From Haliotis rufescens (taxonomy: Eukaryota), in assembly GCF_023055435.1 (NCBI RefSeq), contig NW_025964235.1, positions 1,922,001 through 1,986,000 of the forward strand: a stretch of 64,000 bases of DNA, read 5' to 3'. Below are positions 12,274 to 25,429 of the stretch, one piece after another (the first letter of the stretch is position 1; each line of letters begins with the position of its first letter). The notes beneath the pieces are model-generated. The model worked only from the letters and a program-made list of their open reading frames with translations. It did not search any database and was not told the DNA's origin. A program made the translations under genes and the position numbers.

Positions 12274-14633
12274 GTTATTGTACATAAATACCCACAGGGG
12301 ACAGGGTACAAATGACCACGAGTAGCTACTTTTGATATATAGAATGTAACGTAAATGTTGATATTTAAGGTCTAGAGAGGAGATACAAATTTTCTGTGCA
12401 GGAACATTTTGTAAATGACAGAAGAGATTTTTTTGCAGAATGCTCTTGCGGATTTAGTAGTATGGTATTGCGCCCATAGCCATGAAGGTAGGCAGTGTGA
12501 TGTGGCTGCTGCATTGGACGTAGACAAAGATATAGTCTAGGCAGTTATTACACAACACATGTCCCTCCACTAAATGTGTTTCTTCTTGTGATTGCATAGT
12601 CTATGAAATATTTTACTACGCAATACACTTCTATAATCTAATTGTTTTTTCCTGATTTGAATAGAGCTGGCTGGACTTGCTTTTTAGTATTCTACATTGG
12701 TTATGTTTTATTAAACACATATATTCCGCAGACGTGGTGCAGTACTACAGGGGATGATGTGCCTCTCTGACCGCTGTGTGGAATACCATGGGGAGAGAGG
12801 CTGTTGCTATGGTGGGCTTGCCTGGTCAACAGGACTGGTCAGCTGCCGAGCCAGCGAGCGGCCTTCGCTCTCCGACCAGGCCTGTACAACACCACACAAG
12901 TCATAGTTAGGTCATCGAGCGGTCAGCGCGTGAATAAAACACACACCTTGTTCTGCAACCCGAGACGCTGACCGGTCACGTGGTCCGGGCTATTCCGACG
13001 GATAAAAGAAGTGGAGTTTAAGATGAGGTCATTGAAACGGCAACATGTGTGTAACTGACCCGTCTCGCATGTACACGTGATGCTTGCGGCAACAGTTCCC
13101 CACCCCCCAGTCTTATCTTCCTCCCTCCCTTCCCCTCCCCGGTCCACTCTCTCTCCCCCGACCGTCCCTCACCCCCACTCTGATAAACATGCCCCTTGTT
13201 CACATGTCTGATGAACATCTCAGGTCAGTCTTACACCCGCCCCGGTGAAGGCTTACCAATGAAAACTAACAGACTGCAACAAAAAATGGTCTACGTCTTC
13301 AATACACAAGGAATCGGCAACATAAAACAACGAGAACGTAACCAAAAACTGAGAAACAGCCTCATAAATCTGAGAGCACGCTGCCAAAAACATGGAAACG
13401 GCAACACTAAAAGCAGAAGCCATAACCTGGTGTCAGTAGCCAGTATATGAAGGTTTCACTGGAGGTGCAGATGCCCCGACTCGGACTAAAACCCAGTTCT
13501 GTTGTCTGCTGTGCGGACACGTTCACCACTGGTCTACAGTTTAACTACGTGGTATAACAGGCTCAGATGTAACATCGGAGGTGCTGAGTAACGTCGATAT
13601 AACAAGCTTAGATGTAACGCTGTGTTGTTAGCCTGACTTCTTATGTATCAGGTTTTTTAGTTTATAGAAAATTGTTACTGTTTTTACTTGGAACGTTTGC
13701 GCAATAAAATCTTGTATCTTGTTGTTTCTTGTATAAAATCTGAAGTGTTGAGGAAAGCGAATAAAATAAAATGCTAAGATATACCCTCTGAATTGTGTCA
13801 TAACGAATGACCAGAATATTGAGTTTTAATCTTAAAGTGTTGAGTAGTTGTTTTAAAATGCATGAAATTGGATAAAACCAACTTATGTTTCCGTGTTTAA
13901 CATGAACTGAGTTCACGCGAAGTCTCGCGTTGGACGTGACTCGTCATCGCAGTTGACCCGAGTATACCCACCGCGTTATCGACAGTAAGTAAAAGTGGAC
14001 GAGGCCACGCAACCATTGCCCAATTGACCGGTTCACGACCTGGGAGGCCTGCCAACTGCGGCCATGTTATCCAAACTTACACAAGTTCTCGAGAAGTCGG
14101 CTAATGCAGACTTTGTGATGCCTTGCGTAACTGTCCCTCTTTCTGGCTGGGCGGGGACGGCCCGACGTCAATCGAACCTTGCGTAACGTCTGACCGCTAC
14201 AGTCGACACGTTGCGTTGAACGCTGAACATAATTGCATGAGTCTTGTGCAACCCAAATAAGCAGGCCGCTTATACAAGTGATTAGTGGACCTGTAGGGTC
14301 GTGAACTCGACAAGCACCTGTTTGGCCACCAGTCGTGACGTCACAGGCACAAAGAGAACGAGGGCTTTTAGAACCATGAATCCGTAAGACTAAGATTTAA
14401 ATTCTCTTAACAGCACTTAAATACAGAGTGTTTCTTGTGACAGGTCGAAGGTTATATATTCCTAGTTTATTGACAGAGAGACAATGATTCGGCTCCTCTT
14501 CACAAAGCTTCATTGAGATGCCGGCGTGAGAAGACCACGGTCCCCACCTACCCCAGCATAGACTTACTTTTAGTCCCGGAAACAGAGTTATCTTATTTAA
14601 AAATATATCTACAAAATACAAAAAATATGTAAT

Positions 14634-14736
14634 GTGGGGTGTCTGTGCCTCTGTGAGTGTGCCTGTGTGCGTGGTGTCTCTGTGTGTGTCTGACTCTCAT
14701 CTTTGTGTGTGCCTTTGTGTGAGTGTGCGTGTGTGA

Positions 14737-14784
<48 letters not shown>

Positions 14785-15018
14785 CACTGTGTGTGTGTGT
14801 GCCACTGTGTGTGCCACTGTGTGTGGGTGTCTGGGCCTCTGTGAGTGTGCCTGTGTGCGTGGTGTCTCTGTGTGTGTCTGACTCTCATCNNNNNNNNNNN
14901 NNNNNNNNNNNNNNNNNNNNNNNNNNNNNNNNNNNNNNNNNNNNNNNNNNNNNNNNNNNNNNNNNNNNNNNNNNNNNNNNNNNNNNNNNNNNNNNNNNNN
15001 NNNNNNNNNNNNNNNNNN
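14634..15018. repeat. GT-rich repeat followed by assembly gap (N 14890-15018)
   Basis: (GT)n with a duplicated ~55-bp block, then an N run. Confidence 0.9.
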
Positions 15019-15089
15019 ACACAGTACTGAGACAATAGGTAGTGGGGCATGCGCAGTCCACATGTAGTGGTGTATAACGGCATGATGCA

Positions 15090-15600
15090 AGTGAAATACA
15101 TTGTTCAGTATTTGGATATCTACCATAATATGATGGAAAATGTATATTTCTTAAATGATCCAATTCACGGCGTTCTGATATATAGTGGAAGACATCACCA
15201 ACATTAATTTTACAAAGTGAGCAAAGACCTGTCTTCCGTATTGACAGTAAACCATCAACCAGTTTCAAATGGGGTAGAGGTTGGAGGTTCTAAATGAGTA
15301 AGTTAAGAAGTAAACACAGTAAACAATCTTCCATTAAGGGGTTCTACAGATCATGTCCTTGTAGAATCACCACTTACTGTCCTGTTCATGAACTAAATGT
15401 GATCAGACCTGTACATTGTGAAATACGCTGAACTTCATGAGCAAGAGGGAACTTAAACTCTGTTGGACAATTAGTAGTCTGTACATAATACCTGATAGAC
15501 CTAACTCACACCAGTATGATGCCATTCTAAACGTAAAAAAACACTTTAGTGGAGATCTTTCCAACTCCCCGTACAACATGAAATCAACATGCCTAACCTT
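15090..15600 (-). mobile_element. Decayed LINE ORF2 C-terminal fragment
   Basis: LCSLCKINVGDVFHY resembles the CxxC...GDEFHY C-terminal motif of invertebrate LINE ORF2. Confidence 0.5.
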
Positions 15601-15607
15601 CAAACAA

Positions 15608-16230
15608 TATACTCTGCAAAAACACGAAACGCAAAAGTGATTTAGGATTATATTTTATATATCATATTAATTTTCAACAGATGGTAATCGATTGTTCAAA
15701 ATTGGCACACAACGTTGTCTTTGACCGAGGTTCCATGTGGCACACATGGAACAGTAGATTTTCAAGGTGAAGGTCATCTGTTCTCAATAACTTGTATGGC
15801 CGCCATTATAGACCAAAACTGACTGGCATCGTCGTCTCATGGAAGCAATCAGATCCCGATTTGTGGCCTGGGGAATGTTCCCCCACTCTGCCTGCAGTGC
15901 TGGTGCCAACTGTCGGAGGTTCTGCGGTTGTTGCTGCCGCGCTCGCAGTCGTTGATCCAGTGTATCCCATAAATGTTCGATTAGGTTTAAATCTGGAGAC
16001 CTGGAGAGTCATGCCAGGACCAGGATGTTGTGATTGCTGAAAAAGGCTTTCATCCGCCTTGCCGTGTGAGGTCGGGCGTTGTCTTGTTGGAAATGACGTT
16101 CGCTTGCTGCATAATGGGAAGGACGTTTGGTCGAAAAATCTCATCCGTGTAACGTTGTGCCGTTAAATTCCTCAAAATTCTACCAGTCTAGGAGATGGCT
16201 GCCCACATCACGCCACTACAATATATGGTT
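15608..16230 (-). mobile_element. Tc1/mariner transposase remnant (DD34E C-terminal part plus one end)
   Basis: Minus-strand translation FQQDNARPHTARR...SPDLNLIEHLWDTLDQRLR...LRQL...LQAEW with stops and frameshifts. Confidence 0.85.
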
Positions 16231-16249
16231 GTATGGTCTCATATGGTTG

Positions 16250-16479
16250 GACCGCGTACGTGGTCTAGTGGTAGTGCGTCAGAGAGCGGAAGGTCGGGAG
16301 TTCGTTCCCCGGTCGTGTCATAGCAAAGGACGTAAAAAGATGTACTTGTTGTTACCCTATAAATCGGCATCAGTCCGGACCAGTACAAGCAGCCACGCAC
16401 ACACACGCGCGTCTATGCACGTCGCTATATAAGTGCAATAATCTTGGACGCGACGTTAAACCCCATTTCACCTCACCTC
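16250..16479 (+). mobile_element. tRNA-derived SINE (family A, internally deleted)
   Basis: A box TGGTCTAGTGG, B-box-like GAGTTCGTTCC; homologous to 18201-18529; imperfect TSD ATATGGTTG/ATGTGGTTG. Confidence 0.8.
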
Positions 16480-16823
16480 ATGTGGTTGTGTTTGTGCGAT
16501 TTTTCCATCTTTTCACCAACTTTTCTGCAGTACCTCATTCTTTCCACACAAATCAACACCAGTCTATGCAGAAATGACCAATTCATATTTTGTATTAATT
16601 TTGTTTGGATGTCGATTATTTCAGATATTTACGATATTACTACTTTTTCGTTTCTTTGCTTTTGCATAGTATATTACAATATCTTAAATTAACCAATATA
16701 ACAGTATATATCGAAACTTCAGGCCTCGGATCCATACATCAATGTGGGTTGAAGAGGATTGTCAAATAATTTCAGTTGACGGTCATTTTTTACTTCTAAC
16801 AATCGTATTTTCTCAAAATGGCA

Positions 16824-16988
16824 GGGGCGTTGGGGAGGTCTAGTGGTTAAAGCGTTCGCTCGTCACGCCGAAAACCCGGGTTCGATTCCCCACATGGGTA
16901 CAATGTGTGAAGCCTATTTCTGGTGTCCCCGCCGTGATATTGCTTGAATATTGCTACAAGCGGCGTAAAACCATACTCACTCACTCAC
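16824..16988 (+). mobile_element. tRNA-derived SINE (family B)
   Basis: GGTCTAGTGGTTAAAGCG...GTC...GGTTCGATTCC head and (ACTC)n tail; other copies at 45713-45868 (-) and ~27690-27830. Confidence 0.88.
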
Positions 16989-18200
16989 TAAAAATAGCAG
17001 ACATTGCTCTTGAAGATTGGTCAGATAACCGTTCAATAGCTTTACAAAATACAAAGACTAGAAAGACATGTTGTTTTTTACTAAGTAGACTAGTATTCCG
17101 AAGTCTTAAGTAAAAGGCAAGTTTAAAAGATAGTTAAAGCAACAGTTTTTGCAGTCGGCACCAAACTATTATTTATGACTTCCCAATAGAATGCCATGTA
17201 GACTTGTGGACATAATCTCGTCCGCTGTAACAACATGCATGTAGGTCACAGTTAACCTTTATCACTGTATGCTGACTGAATATATAGTTTAGACTATGTA
17301 GCAGCAGGTGTATCTGTAGGATGACTGTTCATGTATGGGACTTATAATAGTAGTGTACCCCGTCACGCTCGCGACTTTTTCCAGGATGGCGGCACTTCCG
17401 GTTTCGGTGCACGCTGGAATACACTTAAACCAAAAGTGCCACCATCTTGAAAAAAGACGCCATATCACGGCAAGATAGAGGCACGTCCGGTCACGTGACC
17501 GGATGTGGCGCCATATTGACGGGATCTCGCCTGAAGTGACAGGATCTCGGGGGACGGGACGGGATTAGGTTTGGGTGCATGCGCGGAGGAGAGGGGAAGG
17601 AGGCTAGGTGGCGGGTGATGTGAGGGACTGGGCGGGGAGGGGACGATAGATGGAGTGGCGAGTTGGATAAAAGAACAATAAGAAGTAGATAGCTTCGAGG
17701 ATGTGTTTCATGCATTCTTTTGAGACGGTGAAGCTCAGACAGCGCAGACACTGGAGAACATCCATGCCAGAAACTGCCCAAGTATTCATACACAGTGTGT
17801 GTCGTGGAATCGTTGCCGTCCACCATGTACCGACTGCCATCAGCACAATTAAAGCCAACTTCACCGCCGTTACAGGCATGCTGTATGTACAGGTCAGGAT
17901 GTTGATGCATAACCCAGTTGAGCCAATGGAGACACTGAAGGCGGTAACGACACTGCGGTCTTTGGTTCAAAAACTGTTTTCGAAAGGTCAGCATGCAGAC
18001 CATGGGTAGAGTCAACCCTGCATGAAAAGGGTCCACGCTGTTCTGTTGGAGGAATATATTGCGGAATGTAGCACACCCTCGATGAAAAATTCTTCATCCA
18101 GATCAAAGACAGCAACACCTGCTTCACAGCGGGTCAAGAAAGCTTTACGTTCAGCAGGAAACATGCCATCAGGATCGTAAGTAGAGACAGGGAGATAAGG

Positions 18201-18529
18201 GGAGGTGAGTTGAAATGGGGTTTAACGTCACGTCCAAGATTATTGCACTTATATAGTGACGTGCATGTACGTGTGTGTGTTTGTGTGGCTGCTTGTACTA
18301 GTCCGGACTGATGCCGATTTATAGTGCTAGCTCACTGAGATACCATGCCGCAGTTTAACATGAATACCCCACTCAGACACAGTATACTGACTCCGAGCCG
18401 ACCAGTCCTTGTTTTAGCCCCTTAATGTCGAGCGCCAGACAAGTACCATCTTTTAACTTCTTTTGGTATCAAACCCCGGACCTTCCGTTCTCCGGGCGGA
18501 CGCTCTACCACTAGACCACGGAGGCGGTC
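18201..18529 (-). mobile_element. tRNA-derived SINE (family A, full length, V-domain-like centre) nested in pPolB
   Basis: tRNA-like head TGGTCTAGTGGTAGAGCG; central CAGTGAGCTAGCACTATAAA; TSD AGGGAGATAAGG on both sides. Confidence 0.88.
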
Positions 18530-19582
18530 AGGGAGATAAGGACCCACATAACCTTGGTGAACTTCCGTGTTGAAGAAGTGAGGGAATAAGCCTTTCTTGA
18601 GTTCACTCAGTGCTAAAATAATTGGAAATTGCTTCACAGTCATGGTCAAGAATCTCAGTGAATCTTGGAAGATGAATCGTCCCACGACCATCTGTAACAT
18701 GTGCAGTCCTCGGAGGATGATTTGTGGTGGTTTGACCAGATGCTGGTGCAGATACTGTAGTTGCAGGTGTCCATCACAACCATGGTCGTTGTGGGCAGTC
18801 ACCACAATGTCATCGTCAAGAGTAGGTGAGATGCCTTTGTCATCTTCTGGTTCTTCTTCATCCTCTTCATCCTCATCTCGTGGTTTTGGCATATTCATTA
18901 TCTTGACAGGCTTGCTTGGATGCCGTGCCTGACTGCAGGAGTGCCTTGCGTTTCTGTTTTGGTTCCTCTTTTTCTGCAAGACTCATCAGCCAATCCCCAT
19001 GTCATTTAGTGTAGTGGACCCTTCAACATCTTGACCACGGCTTGCCCTTGCCCTTCCTTGTAACACGGGCAGTTCTCACAACATCGGTCAGGGGACTCAG
19101 CAATGCATTTTCCGCACTCCAGACACAACACAGAAGTTGGGAACATGTCTACCTCGGTCATAGCAGACAAACTGGACTTGCTGTCGTTCTTTGTCTACAT
19201 CGTCTTCGGTGCTTGGAGTGATAACTGACGTGTACCACTGGTGGTTGGGGGCCATGCATGGGCTCTTTACAAATCTTGCAGCCTTGACCCATACCACGGA
19301 TGTGGTTGTCCATGCTGTGGTTAGGTTTCAGGTCGACTATAGCCCATCGACTGCGGGTTTGACTTGTGGAACAGATGCCCGTCATACACAGTCAAGTGGC
19401 GCTGGAAACAGTGAAGGTTTCGAAACCAACATCGGCACTTTAGGCAGAAAAGCCTTTCATTCATCACATCTCCACAGGATCCAGGACGTCGACTCCCGTC
19501 ACAGCAAAACTCTCGTGTGCAGGGGTGATCTTCAGCTTTGTCGAATCCTTTGTCACAAGCTTCACAATAATAAGCACGTTAT

Positions 19583-20977
19583 GTAAAGGCTGGTATGGTC
19601 TTGATGGTAAAGGCTGGTATGGTCGTGATGGTAGAGGCTGGTATGGTCGTGATGGTAGAGGCTGGTATGGTCGTGATGGTAAAGGCTGGTATGGTCGTGA
19701 TGGTAAAGGCTGGTATGGTCGTGATGGTAAAGGCTGGTATGGTCGTGATGGTAAATGCTGGTATGGTCGTGATGGTAAAGGCTGGTATGGTCGTGATGGT
19801 AAATGCTGGTATGGTCGTGATGGTAAATGCTGGTATGGTCGTGATGGTAGAGGCTGGTATGGTCGTGATGGTAAAGGCTGGTATGGTCGTGATGGTAAAG
19901 GCTGGTATGGTCGTGATGGTAAAGGCTGGTATGGTCGTGATGGTAGAGGCTGGTATGGTCGTGATGGTAAAGGCTGGTATGGTCGTGATGGTAAAGGCTG
20001 GTATGGTCGTGATGGTAAATGCTGGTATGGTCGTGATGGTAAATGCTGGTATGGTCGTGATGGTAGAGGCTGGTATGGTCGTGATGGTAGAGGCTGGTAT
20101 GGTCGTGATGGTAAAGGCTGGTATGGTCGTGATGGTAAAGGCTGGTATGGTCGTGATGGTAGAGGCTGGTATGGTCGTGATGGTAGAGGCTGGTATGGTC
20201 GTGATGGTAAAGGCTGGTATGGTCGTGATGGTAGAGGCTGGTATGGTCGTGATGGTAAAGGCTGGTATGGTCGTGATGGTAAAGGCTGGTATTGTCGTGA
20301 TGGTAAAGGCTGGTATGGTCGTGATGGTAAAGGCTGGTATGGTCGTGATGGTAAAGGCTGGTATGGTCGTGATGGTAAAGGCTGGTATGGTCGTGATGGT
20401 AAAGGCTGGTATGGTCGTGATGGTAAAGGCTGGTATGGTCGTGATGGTAAAGGCTGGTATGGTCGTGATGGTAAAGGCTGGTATGGTCGTGATGGTAGAG
20501 GCTGGTATGGTCGTGATGGTAAAGGCTGGTATGGTCGTGATGGTAAAGGCTGGTATGGTCGTGATGGTAAAGGCTGGTATGGTCGTGATGGTAAATGCTG
20601 GTATGGTCGTGATGGTAAAGGCTGGTATGGTCGTGATGGTAAAGGCTGGTATGGTCGTGATGGTAAAGGCTGGTATGGTCGTGATGGTAAAGGCTGGTAT
20701 GGTCGTGATGGTAAAGGCTGGTATGGTCGTGATGGTAAAGGCTGGTATGGTCGTGATGGTAAAGGCTGGTATGGTCGTGATGGTAAAGGCTGGTATGGTC
20801 GTGATGGTAAAGGCTGGTATGGTCGTGATGGTAAAGGCTGGTATGGTCGTGATGGTAAAGGCTGGTATGGTCGTGATGGTAAAGGCTGGTATGGTCGTGA
20901 TGGTAAAGGCTGGTATGGTCGTGATGGTAAAGGCTGGTATGGTCGTGATGGTAAAGGCTGGTATGGTCGTGATGGTA
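19583..20977. repeat. 24-bp minisatellite (~58 copies) inside pPolB
   Basis: Unit AAAGGCTGGTATGGTCGTGATGGT. Confidence 0.98.
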
Positions 20978-23900
20978 CAAGTGGAGGAGCCTGGTAGGAT
21001 GAGGTACATCACTTTTGTACAGGAGATGATTCAGTACATCTTGGTAAAAAAAAGCTTCAGCTGCTAGTATGGAGACAAACGCTGAACAAATTGATCCCAC
21101 GTGGCACAACCTGTACAAGGACCTTCTGGGATGTTCAAATGACGAGATAAGTCCTTGGTCGCATTGTGCTGTGCTGGTGTATGATGGTCACGTAAGTATT
21201 TCCATTCTTTGGTGCATTCTGGCGTCACAGGATCGGGTTTGTGTGCATGATGACCGCCAACCACCAGAGCCCGTGAAAAGCAGAGGTGCTCTTCATTCTT
21301 GATTTGTACAATGCATTGTTTCTTTTCAGGAAGGAAGTCAACCCTGGAATATTACTTGGTCGCCCATGCCCCTCTCCTATATGGTCTGGATCTTCTCCAT
21401 GAAATAAGTTGATCTACATTTCTTCATCCACATGCAAGTCGCTGTTACTTTGCTGGTCCGCTCTAGTACAGCACTGGGTCCTCTTCAACTTTTTCTTCCA
21501 TTTTTCTGCTTCCTGCTGGAGACGGCCTGGCTGCAACCGACAAGGCCAGCCTTAGCCGGGTTTATATAGGACTCTATGACGTAACGTGAGGTGATGGCGT
21601 TATTGGCATGACGTGATGGCGCCGATAACGTTATGAACAAGCTATATAGAGAGCTACTCACGAGATGAGAAAAACATATTTCACTCGACACATGGAATCT
21701 CCTATTTATTATATACTTTTTGTGTAGTTGTCTACCAGAAAATGAAAATATTTCATAACAAATGTAAAAATTTGAAATGTAAATTCTCCCTAACAGACTC
21801 ACAAGGACAGTTCACCACCCCTTGTATTTGCGACTTACAAAGTTGTTTCGTGATTACAAAATCTTAAAAAATATATACAAAAGTATCAAAAAATATTTAG
21901 GGTCACGAAAATTCTTTATCATACATTGATTATATACAAAATCAACTTTAACAAAAAATATTCTTGAAAACGAGGAGACCGCTGTTGGAAGCGAAAGAAT
22001 ATACGCTGGTCAAGTAACAAAAATGGCGCTTTGCGAAACGAATAGTCTCGATTGATGAGTTAAATGAGACATTTACAGTTTATAAGGAAACATTTTCGAG
22101 AGAATAACAAACGGTAAAAAAGTGATATTAACTCCATAAACGACCGTCTGTCATTATTTTGCCTTGCCAATGTGGACCTAGCGCAAAAAGAACGTCAACT
22201 GTTTGTGTACGGGCTCGTCACTTACGACAAAGGGAGACAATTTAAGTGGAGATAACTCTTGTATGACAATAATTCCGTCAAAGTGATATGTTCACTGCAG
22301 TGTTTGTTTTTTATCCAGCTCGCCAATCCATCTCTCCGTATCGCCCCACACCGACCGACATTACCCGCCTCCCTCTCTCTGCGCATGCGCATGCGCCCCA
22401 ACCTAATCCCGTCCCGTCCGGCGAGTTCCCGTCACTTCCGACGTGATTCCGTCGCTTCCGGCGATATCCCTTCAAGATGGCGCCGCATCGTGACCGGACG
22501 TGCCGTCATCTTGTCGTGATAGGGCGTCTTTTTCCAAGATAGTGGCACTTTCGGTTGCGGTGTATCCAAGCATGCACCCGAACCGGAAGTGCCGCAATCT
22601 TTGAAAAAGACGCAATGGTGACTGGGTACACTACTTACTACAGCCGAAGCACATCCGAAAGTCTATGTTAAAGTATGGGAGTTACGACAGTCGAAGCACA
22701 TCCGAAAGTCTATGTTAAAGTATGGGAGTTACGACAGTCGAAGCATTTCCGTATGTATGTGTCGTAGCCACTCTTATACCTAGAGTTCCTTGTGGTCAAC
22801 CTTTGACTTTATTCCTAGACAAACTACAGTATTCACGTATTTGGGTCCATATTTCCTAAAAGGTTTGTTTATTTTTTGTTCATTGTTGAACACTTGAAGA
22901 GTTGTTTTGGTGAGTGTTCCTGTTTTACAGTTGAGGGCAAATTACATGTTCACTGCAATCAAATGAGTTCATATGGAATACTTCGTCAGTAATGTCTTCA
23001 GTTTCCGACTGTCAGACTGCGGGAGCTCTACACAAAGCAACAGGATGCCCTAGGCCCTAATGGAAGGCAAATACCAATTTAAGTCTTCATAAAAAGTAAT
23101 AAATTAATGTTCTTGCCACCTCAAGACCAAAACGCACGGCTACCCACCCCACCACCTCTCCCCCTCCCCTGCTGCCTCCCACTCACCTGTTTATATATCA
23201 CCCTCATTGTTCTACAGTAAACTAATTACCTGCGGGGAGGGAGCTGCCTGACCCCGGGTCACGTGACCCGTGGGCACAAGCCGGACCCCAGCGCCTTCAG
23301 AACAATACCTATTTACTTCTTTCTTACCCTGGTACACACTTGCACGTGAACTTTCAATAAACGTGGCACGTGCGCCTTTAAATCAAATCCCGCGGCGTGG
23401 ACACAAAATAATACAGCCATAACTGGGAACAAGAGAGCAGAAAAAACATTGTAAACGGCACCATTAGTCGGTGTGTTTGACAGCATTGACGCGCGAGCGG
23501 CCGACTTGGCCTGGCATTGTACACCTCAAAGAAGCTATTGACTCACAGAAAACTAAATTGTTTTATAATGAATATGACATGTCGAGCGGAAAATGATGAG
23601 GAATGTAATGCAGCGCAGCCTCAAGCGGGCAGCTGGCGTTCTGTCCCCTCCCTCACCCCGGCGTGGTGGGACCCCCTACCAACAATCCCTCTCCAAAACC
23701 ACGCACAAACATATAATAAAACACTAACAAAATATACCCCCCCTCACAAAAACAACAACAACAAAAACACAACAAACAAAAAAATAACACACCTACATAG
23801 TCATCATTCCCCACCCCACAACATAGATCATGACACATCAATTTACCCATTGTAAAGTTCATGGATTACTTTATTCTGCTCTCTCCTCGTCTTGTAAGAT

Positions 23901-24461
23901 TCAAGATTTGAGATTCAAGATATTTATTCAAGGGGCAGGTACCAATCTATACTACAAATACAGCATGTTGCACAGAAAACCAACATAGTAAGACTAACAT
24001 AAAAGCATACAGTAAATATGTGGGTTAATGACAGCATTTACAGGAACTGAGTACCCACAGGTTATGTATGAATGAAGGCAGATATGTTGGCAGTGACATG
24101 GCTAGGATTTAGTATCATTGCCACAGTTTTGGCTTCGTCCTTTAAGTTGTCAGCATTAATTATCTGCAGTAGTAATTTTCTTTCAGAGAGGTAAAGGGGA
24201 AGAAGGAAAGTGAATTTCATCTTCTATATGATGTTTGTTGCAGAGGTGACAGAATCTTTGTTCAGCAGGAGGGGTGTACCTGCCCCTTTCAGTGGGAAGA
24301 TCATGGCCGCTGAGGCGTCACCTTGTTAAGCATAATCTGTGATCCACGCAGCTTACTGATAAGAGGTACGCTTAAGTTCATCCTTAATAAGATGTATGTA
24401 TTCAAATCTGATGCGTTAGTGTGCGTCTTGTACATTGCATCAGTTCTGTAATGGATTGTAT

Positions 24462-24725
24462 TCCGGGTTAGAATAGGTCTTCAGCAACCCATTCTTGTCG
24501 TAAAAGGCGACTATGTCGTAAGAGGCTACTACTGGGATCAGGTTGTCAAACTCGCTGACTTGGTTGATGCATGTCATCGTATCCTAATTGCGTTGATCGA
24601 TGCTCATGATGTCAATCACTGGATTGTCCAACATCCATGTCCAGACTTGATTATTTACAGACCGCCGTCAAATAGCTGGAGTATTGCTGAGTGCGGTGTT
24701 AAACAACAAACAAACAAACAAACAA
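24462..24725 (+). mobile_element. SINE-like interspersed repeat (family C)
   Basis: TCCGGG(G/T)TAGAATAGGTCTTCAG...ATTGCTGAGTGCGGTGTTAAACAACAAAC with (CAAA)n tail; copies at 33789-34061, 45560-45712, 52524-52757 and 53940-54020. Confidence 0.85.
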
Positions 24726-25429
24726 TCCAATCTAAACGTTACTTAGTGTTGCAACCTCCCCCATCTCCCGGTGAGACCGGGTTGCCTGTGACGATGTCTG
24801 TGCCGTGTAACGCCGCCGCAAGGGGATGTCACGATGACCGGGTATCAGGGGGTGTGAAGACCGATCACGGTCAGTCCCGGACAAAGAACGGCGGTCAGAG
24901 AGTGGTGCAATATGGCTGACCTTTCGACCCCGCAGTAACGCACCGGTGCAGATGTTTAGTGCCGCTCTCACTGTAATCACGTTTTCTTCTTAAAATTTGA
25001 AGTTAATGACGCCATCGATGTCTCAGCAGGCCGTCCATCAGAGAATCTTCACAAGGACCACGTGATCTATAAGCGGTTTCCAATGTGCAATCTGGACTAA
25101 TGGGGCGGAACGCCGGGGAGAGAGATGGGGGGATAGGGGAGGGGGATACAAGAGGAGTATAAGGAATGATTTCTTAAGACATTCACGCGCTATACCGCAT
25201 CGATGACGTCATTGTATTGCATCTTAACATCTACAAATCGGGTACCTTATCGTCACCCTGAAAGTAGTTTTCGCAAGTCCTCCGGGCAAAGTGGAAACAC
25301 TTATAAATTAGAAACATCTATAACCTCGGTCCAAATTAATAAACTAAATCCCAACTTCGAGACTGAAGCAGAAACAGCAGCATCCCTGGGGAACAGCCAA
25401 CATGAAACTCGACCATCCAGGACTTAAAT

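Larger units (their letters stand above)
17700..21420 (-). pseudogene. Protein-primed family B DNA polymerase (pPolB) pseudogene of the Maverick
   Basis: Collinear motifs: IVQIKNEEHLCFSRALVV; LNIPEGPC; LHLYHHDH; [20 protein letters not shown]; TAHNDHGCDG; FQDSLRFL...LKKGLFPHFFNT...YVGPY; YMVDG...TVYEYLGSFWHGC. Many stops and frameshifts. Confidence 0.85.
17349..22635 (-). mobile_element. Internally deleted Maverick/Polinton element
   Basis: ~330-bp imperfect TIRs (17349-17680 / 22300-22635) ending AGTAGTGTACCC / GGGTACACTACT; internal decayed protein-primed PolB. Confidence 0.88.

Noticed and set aside
16824-16900. tRNA-Asp-like gene (GTC)
   Set aside because: Continues into a SINE body and (ACTC)n tail, has a poor acceptor stem, and has other copies in the window.
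19525-21118. Four long ORFs ([24 protein letters not shown] and MVVMVKAG repeats) resembling shell or adhesive proteins
   Set aside because: Produced by a 24-bp array lying within a decayed Maverick pPolB; no independent gene signals.
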